Positions 59,318 to 64,000 of a stretch of 64,000 nucleotides of DNA are shown piece after piece. Source of the DNA: a bacterium BMS3Bbin13. GTDB taxonomy: Bacteria > Pseudomonadota > Gammaproteobacteria > 21-64-14. The notes under the pieces were generated by a model, which did not search any database, was not told the DNA's origin, and saw only the letters and a list, made by a program, of their open reading frames with translations. Within the stretch, counting starts at the first letter, position 1, and each line of letters begins with the position of its first letter. Location: assembly GCA_002897735.1 (NCBI GenBank), contig BDTW01000052.1, positions 634-64,633 on the forward strand. Direction: 5' to 3'. A program made the position numbers and the translations under genes.

Positions 59318-62300
59318 TCATGTCCGGGGCGGCGCGTGTGAGCGCAGGAACTGCGCGAGGAATCGACCGGTGTGCGAGCGGCGCCGCGTGGCGATCTCCT
59401 CGGGCGTGCCCTGAGCGACGATGCGCCCGCCCCGATCGCCGCCCTCGGGGCCGAGATCGATCACCCAATCCGCCTCGGCGATCACGTCCAGGTTGTGTTC
59501 GATCACCAGCACGGTGTGGCCCGCGTCGACCAGCCGATGCAGTACGCGCATCAGCTTCTCCACGTCGGCCATGTGCAGCCCGATGGTCGGTTCGTCGAGC
59601 AGATACAGGGTGTGCGCGTCCCCGCCGGGCGCCCGGCCCGCCGCACGCGGGCGGGCGCGCGCGAGTTCGGTGACCAGCTTGAGCCGTTGCGCCTCGCCGC
59701 CGCTCAGCGTCGGGCTCGGTTGGCCCAGGGGGAGGTAGCCGAGCCCGACCTCCTCCATGAGCTGCAGCGGGTGGCGGATGCGCGGGTGCGAGGCGAAGAA
59801 CCGGGCGGCCTCGGCCGCGTTCATCGCCAGCACCTCGGCGATATTTTGGTCACGGTAGCGCACCTCCAGCGTTTCGGCGTTGAAACGCCGCCCGCCGCAG
59901 GTCTCGCAGCCCACCGTTACGTCCGGCAGGAAGCTCATTTCGATGCGCTTCACGCCCTGGCCGTCGCACGACTCGCAGCGTCCCCCCGCGACGTTGAAGG
60001 AGAACCGCCCCGGCCCGTAGCCGCGCAGGCGCGCCTCGGTGGTCTCGGCGTAGCGCCGGCGCACCGCGTCCCAGATCCCGACATAGGTGGCCGGGCACGA
60101 GCGCGGCGTCTTGCCGATCGGTGTCTGGTCGACTTCCAGTACGCGCTGCAGCGCCTGCCGGCCGGTGATGGCGCGGCAGCCGAAGGGACGCGGCGGCGCG
60201 CCGCCGCGCCGGCCGCGCCTCAGCAGCCGGCGCAGGTTTTCGAGCAGCACGCCGCGCAGCAGACTGCTCTTTCCGCTGCCGCTGACGCCCGTCACGCACA
60301 CCAGGCGCCCGAGCGGGATGCGCACCCGCAGGTCCCTGAGGTTGTGCAGGTGCGCGCCCTCGATCTCCAGCGTCTCCGCGCCGGTGCGCCGGTGCGTGAC
60401 CGCCCGACGGTTCGGGCGCATCGGATGAACGGGCGGGTGTGCCAGCAACCGCCCGGTCACCGAATCCGGGTTGCGCATCAGCGCCCGCGCGCCGCCCTGC
60501 GCCACTACGCGCCCGCCGTGCACGCCGGCGCCGGGGCCGAGGTCCACCACGTGGCGCGCGCGGCGGATGGTCTCCTCGTCGTGCTCGACCACCACCACGG
60601 TATTGCCCTTTTTCTGCAGCCGCTCCAGGATGTCGAGCAGGCGCCGGTTGTCGCGCGGGTGCAGGCCGATGGTCGGCTCGTCCAGGACGTAGCATACCCC
60701 GCGCAGGTTGGAGCCGAGCTGTGCCGCGAGGCGGATGCGCTGGGCCTCGCCGCCGCTGAGAGTCGGCGAGGCGCGGTCCAACGTGAGGTAGTCGAGCCCG
60801 ACCTCGCGCAGGAACGCAAGCCGCGTGCGGATCTCGGCGAGCGGCGCGCGCGCGATCTGCGCCGCGCGCCCGTGCAGGCGCAACGCGGCGAACGCCCGCT
60901 CGGCGCCGCTCACCGACAGCGCCGCGTAGGCGCCGATGTCGCGCCCGGCCAAGAGCACCGCCAGTGCCTCCGGGCGCAGCCGCCGGCCGCCGCATGCGGG
61001 GCAGGGGCGCTCCTCACCGTCCCACCGGCGGTTCCACTCGATCTCCTCGCCGGTCTGTTCCTCGTCGAAACCCTCGAGGATCAGTCCGGTCCCATAGCAG
61101 GACTCGCACCAGCCGTGACGCGAGTTGTAGGAGAACAGCCGCGGGTCCGGCTCGGGGAAGCCGCGCCCGCAGCCCGGACAGGCGCGTCGCGTCGAGAACA
61201 GCGTCGTCGCGCCGGGCACACCGTCCTTGCCGCGCAACGTCGCTACGCGCACCACGCCCTTGCCGAAATCCAGGGCGCATGCGATCGCCGCGCGCAGCTC
61301 GGCTTCGCCATGCGCCTCGACCGTCAGGGTCGCGACCGGCAACTCGATGTCGTGCTCGCGGAAGCGCTCCAGCCGCGGCCAGGGATCGGTGGGCACGTCC
61401 GCCCCGTCGACCACGAGCTGCGCGTAGCCCTTGGTGCGCGCCCACTTCGCGAGGTCGGTGTAGTACCCCTTGCGGGCGGTCACCAGCGGCGCCAGGATCC
61501 GCACCCGGCGCCCGCGCCGGCGGCGCAGGATCCGCGCGACGATCACCTCCGGCGTCTGTGCTTCGATGGCGATCCCGCAGTCCGGGCAATGCGGCACGCC
61601 CAGCTTCACGAACAGCAGGCGCAGGAAGTGGTGGATCTCGGTGACCGTGGCGACGGTGCTCTTGCGTCCGCCGCGGCTGGTGCGCTGCTCGATCGCCACC
61701 GTCGGCGGGATGCCGAACACCGCGTCGACCTCGGCCCGCGCGGCGGGCTGCACGAACTGGCGCGCGTAGGCGTTCAGCGACTCCAGGTAGCGGCGCTGGC
61801 CCTCGGCGAACAGGATGTCGAAGGCGAGCGTGCTCTTGCCGCTGCCGCTCACGCCGGTGATCACGGTGAAGCGTTCGCGCGGGATCTCCAGGTCGATGCC
61901 CTTGAGGTTGTGTTCGCGGGCGTTGTGGATCCGGATGGCGCCTCCCGTCCCGCCGCCGTTTCCACGCCGTGCCGCGTCGTGTTCCGCCGCCGCTTCGATC
62001 TCCGAGGCGGCGGATCCGGTCGCGCCCAGCGCCGCGCCGGTGTGGCTCCCGGGGCAGGCCGCGACCTCGGCGGGGGTGCCCGCGCAGACCAGGCGGCCGC
62101 CGTCCTCGCCGCCCTCCGGGCCGAGGTCGATGATCCAGTCCGCGGCGCGGATCACGTCCAGATTGTGCTCGACGACCACCACCGAGTGGCCCTCGGCCAG
62201 CAGACGATCGAAGGCGCGCAGCAGCACCGCGATGTCGTGGAAGTGCAGGCCCGTGGTAGGTTCGTCGAACAGGAACAGGGTCGGCCCGCGGGTGCCGCCG

Positions 62301-64000
62301 CCGCGGCGTGCGAGGTGACCGGCGAGCTTGAGCCGCTGCGACTCGCCGCCGCTCAGGGTCGGCACGGGCTGGCCGAGCGCGAGATAGTCGAGACCCACCC
62401 GGGACAGGGGTTCGAGCGCGCGCAGTACCGCCTCCTCTCCGGCGAAGAACGCGCGCGCCTCCTCCACCGTCATCTCGAGCACCTCCGCGATCGAGGCCGA
62501 GCGGCCCGCGCCGCGGCGGCGCACCTCGAGGACCTCGGGACGGTAGCGCCGCCCGTCGCAGTCCGGGCAGCGCAGATAGAGGTCGCTCAGGAACTGCATC
62601 TCGACGTGTTCGTAGCCGCTGCCGGCACAGGTCGGGCAGCGGCCCGAGCCGGAGTTGAAGCTGAAGGTGCCGGCGCTATAGTCGCGCTCGCGGGCCGCGG
62701 GCTCGGCGGCGAACAGCTTGCGGATCGGATCGAGGGCACCGACGTAGCTCGCCGGATTGGAGCGGGTGGTGCGCCCGATGGGGGCCTGGTCGACCAGCAC
62801 GACGTCGGCGAGCCCTTCGTGGCCGGCCACGCCGCGGTGGCGCCCGGGCGGATCGGCGGGTCGGCCCATGAGCTTGCGCAGCGCGTTGTAGAGCACATCG
62901 CGCACCAGGGTCGATTTTCCGGAACCGCTGACGCCGGTGATGCACACCAGGCGGTTGAGGGGGATCCGTACGTCGAGGTCCCGCAGGTTGTGCTCGCCGG
63001 CGCCGAGGAGGTGCAGCGTGCCGGCGCCCGGGCGCGCGCGGCGCGTCCCGCCGGCGTCCGGGTCGGTCACCGAGCGGCGCCCGGACAGATACTGTGCAGT
63101 GAGCGAGCGCCGCGAACGCAACAAGGCACGCGGCGTCCCGAAGAACACCGCCTCGCCCCCGCGCGCACCGGGACCCGGGCCGAGGTCCAGAATGCGATCG
63201 GCGGCGCACATCACCCGGGCGTCGTGCTCGACGACCAGCAGCGAGTTGCCGGCGTCGCGCAGGCGTTTCAGCACCCCGATCACACGCCCGATGTCGCGCG
63301 CGTGCAGGCCGATGCTCGGCTCGTCGAGTACGAACAGGGTGTTCACCAGCGAGGTGCCGAGCGCCGTGGTGAGGTTGATGCGCTGCACCTCGCCGCCGCT
63401 CAACGTGCGCGACTGACGGTCCAGGGTGAGGTAACCGAGGCCCACCTCGACCAGGTAGCGCAGCCGCGAGCGGATCTCGCCGAGCAGCAGATCGGTGGCC
63501 TCATCGAGCGGCGCCGGCAGACGCAGCCCCGCAAAAAAGTCGTGGCAGCGCCCGATCGGCAGGCAGACGAGCCCATGGAGGTTGTAACCCTCGGATGCGC
63601 CGGCCGTCTCCCCCCCGATTCGCCAAAGCAGGGCATCGGGTTTCAGGCGCGCACCCGCACAGGCCGGGCACGGGTTGTAGGCCCGGTAGCGCGAGAGCAG
63701 CACGCGGATGTGCATGCGGTAGGACTTGGTCTCCAGCCACTCGAAGAAGCGCCTTACCCCGTACCAGTGCCCGTCCTCCCAGGGACCCTCGCCCTCCAGC
63801 ACCCAGCGCCGGTGCTCCGCACCGAGTGCGCGCCACGGTACACCGGTGGGCACGCCGCGGCGTCGTGCGAAGCGCATCAGGTCGGTTTGGCACTCGCGGT
63901 AACTCTCGCTCTGCCAGGGCTTGACCGCGCCGCCGGCCAGCGTGCGCTCCTCGTCCGGGACCACCAGGGCGTAGTCGATGCCGAGCACGCGGCCGAAGCC
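59318..64000 (-). CDS. tandem UvrA-UvrA fusion (two complete UvrA modules in one polypeptide); N-terminus lies beyond the window end
   Basis: At least 1556 aa visible. Module 1 (partial) ends with ...LGPEGGEDGGRLVCAGTPAEVAACPGSHTG. A short Gly/Ala linker follows. Module 2 restarts with a full UvrA N-terminus IRIHNAREHNLKGIDLEIPRERFTVITGVSGSGKSTLAFDILFAEGQRRYLESLNAYARQF. Its Zn modules CPDCG, CPGCG...CESC, CPACGGRR, CESCDG...CETCGG and the ABC signatures LSGGEAQR appear twice per module. Confidence 0.8.
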   Translation of the reverse strand, partial: GFGRVLGIDYALVVPDEERTLAGGAVKPWQSESYRECQTDLMRFARRRGVPTGVPWRALGAEHRRWVLEGEGPWEDGHWYGVRRFFEWLETKSYRMHIRVLLSRYRAYNPCPACAGARLKPDALLWRIGGETAGASEGYNLHGLVCLPIGRCHDFFAGLRLPAPLDEATDLLLGEIRSRLRYLVEVGLGYLTLDRQSRTLSGGEVQRINLTTALGTSLVNTLFVLDEPSIGLHARDIGRVIGVLKRLRDAGNSLLVVEHDARVMCAADRILDLGPGPGARGGEAVFFGTPRALLRSRRSLTAQYLSGRRSVTDPDAGGTRRARPGAGTLHLLGAGEHNLRDLDVRIPLNRLVCITGVSGSGKSTLVRDVLYNALRKLMGRPADPPGRHRGVAGHEGLADVVLVDQAPIGRTTRSNPASYVGALDPIRKLFAAEPAARERDYSAGTFSFNSGSGRCPTCAGSGYEHVEMQFLSDLYLRCPDCDGRRYRPEVLEVRRRGAGRSASIAEVLEMTVEEARAFFAGEEAVLRALEPLSRVGLDYLALGQPVPTLSGGESQRLKLAGHLARRGGGTRGPTLFLFDEPTTGLHFHDIAVLLRAFDRLLAEGHSVVVVEHNLDVIRAADWIIDLGPEGGEDGGRLVCAGTPAEVAACPGSHTGAALGATGSAASEIEAAAEHDAARRGNGGGTGGAIRIHNAREHNLKGIDLEIPRERFTVITGVSGSGKSTLAFDILFAEGQRRYLESLNAYARQFVQPAARAEVDAVFGIPPTVAIEQRTSRGGRKSTVATVTEIHHFLRLLFVKLGVPHCPDCGIAIEAQTPEVIVARILRRRRGRRVRILAPLVTARKGYYTDLAKWARTKGYAQLVVDGADVPTDPWPRLERFREHDIELPVATLTVEAHGEAELRAAIACALDFGKGVVRVATLRGKDGVPGATTLFSTRRACPGCGRGFPEPDPRLFSYNSRHGWCESCYGTGLILEGFDEEQTGEEIEWNRRWDGEERPCPACGGRRLRPEALAVLLAGRDIGAYAALSVSGAERAFAALRLHGRAAQIARAPLAEIRTRLAFLREVGLDYLTLDRASPTLSGGEAQRIRLAAQLGSNLRGVCYVLDEPTIGLHPRDNRRLLDILERLQKKGNTVVVVEHDEETIRRARHVVDLGPGAGVHGGRVVAQGGARALMRNPDSVTGRLLAHPPVHPMRPNRRAVTHRRTGAETLEIEGAHLHNLRDLRVRIPLGRLVCVTGVSGSGKSSLLRGVLLENLRRLLRRGRRGGAPPRPFGCRAITGRQALQRVLEVDQTPIGKTPRSCPATYVGIWDAVRRRYAETTEARLRGYGPGRFSFNVAGGRCESCDGQGVKRIEMSFLPDVTVGCETCGGRRFNAETLEVRYRDQNIAEVLAMNAAEAARFFASHPRIRHPLQLMEEVGLGYLPLGQPSPTLSGGEAQRLKLVTELARARPRAAGRAPGGDAHTLYLLDEPTIGLHMADVEKLMRVLHRLVDAGHTVLVIEHNLDVIAEADWVIDLGPEGGDRGGRIVAQGTPEEIATRRRSHTGRFLAQFLRSHAPPRT

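Overview
This 64-kb window is a densely coding chromosomal segment from a high-GC (about 68-70%) proteobacterium, probably a gammaproteobacterium. A TusA/DsrE pair hints at a sulfur-oxidiser. I saw no rRNA, CRISPR, IS transposase, integrase or phage genes. Coordinates of non-CDS features are from manual indexing and may be off by 1-2 nt. Left to right, the window contains:
- an AEC transporter and an APC permease;
- a gadC/gadB glutamate-dependent acid-resistance pair;
- a DUF3014-like protein and two SAM methyltransferases;
- a 1197-aa PilZ-GGDEF-EAL c-di-GMP protein;
- adk and a DUF1614 membrane protein;
- a translationally coupled group-II PLP decarboxylase and ATP-grasp gene pair;
- a nitrogen-scavenging block: a sigma54-driven FmdC-like porin, urtABCDE and ureDABCEFG;
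- dacB;
- tRNA-Arg(CCG) with a long downstream hairpin, followed by a 215-bp MITE-like element with 29-bp perfect terminal inverted repeats whose end supplies the stop codon of yifB;
- ubiK;
- a sigma54-driven TorF-like porin, glnK and amtB operon;
- a periplasmic-sensor GGDEF-EAL protein;
- a CDGSH Fe-S protein;
- fetAB;
- divergent speE and speA, with a solo copy of the MITE end between them;
- tetR, dsrE-like and tusA, with two matching palindromic operators;
- hemH and a 5'-nucleotidase;
- addB and addA;
- an Arn-like LPS/lipid-A amino-sugar modification cluster (ArnT-like GT83, Gfo/Idh/MocA oxidoreductase, DegT aminotransferase, ArnC-like GT2, LAB_N membrane protein);
- a giant tandem UvrA-UvrA fusion that runs off the right end of the window.
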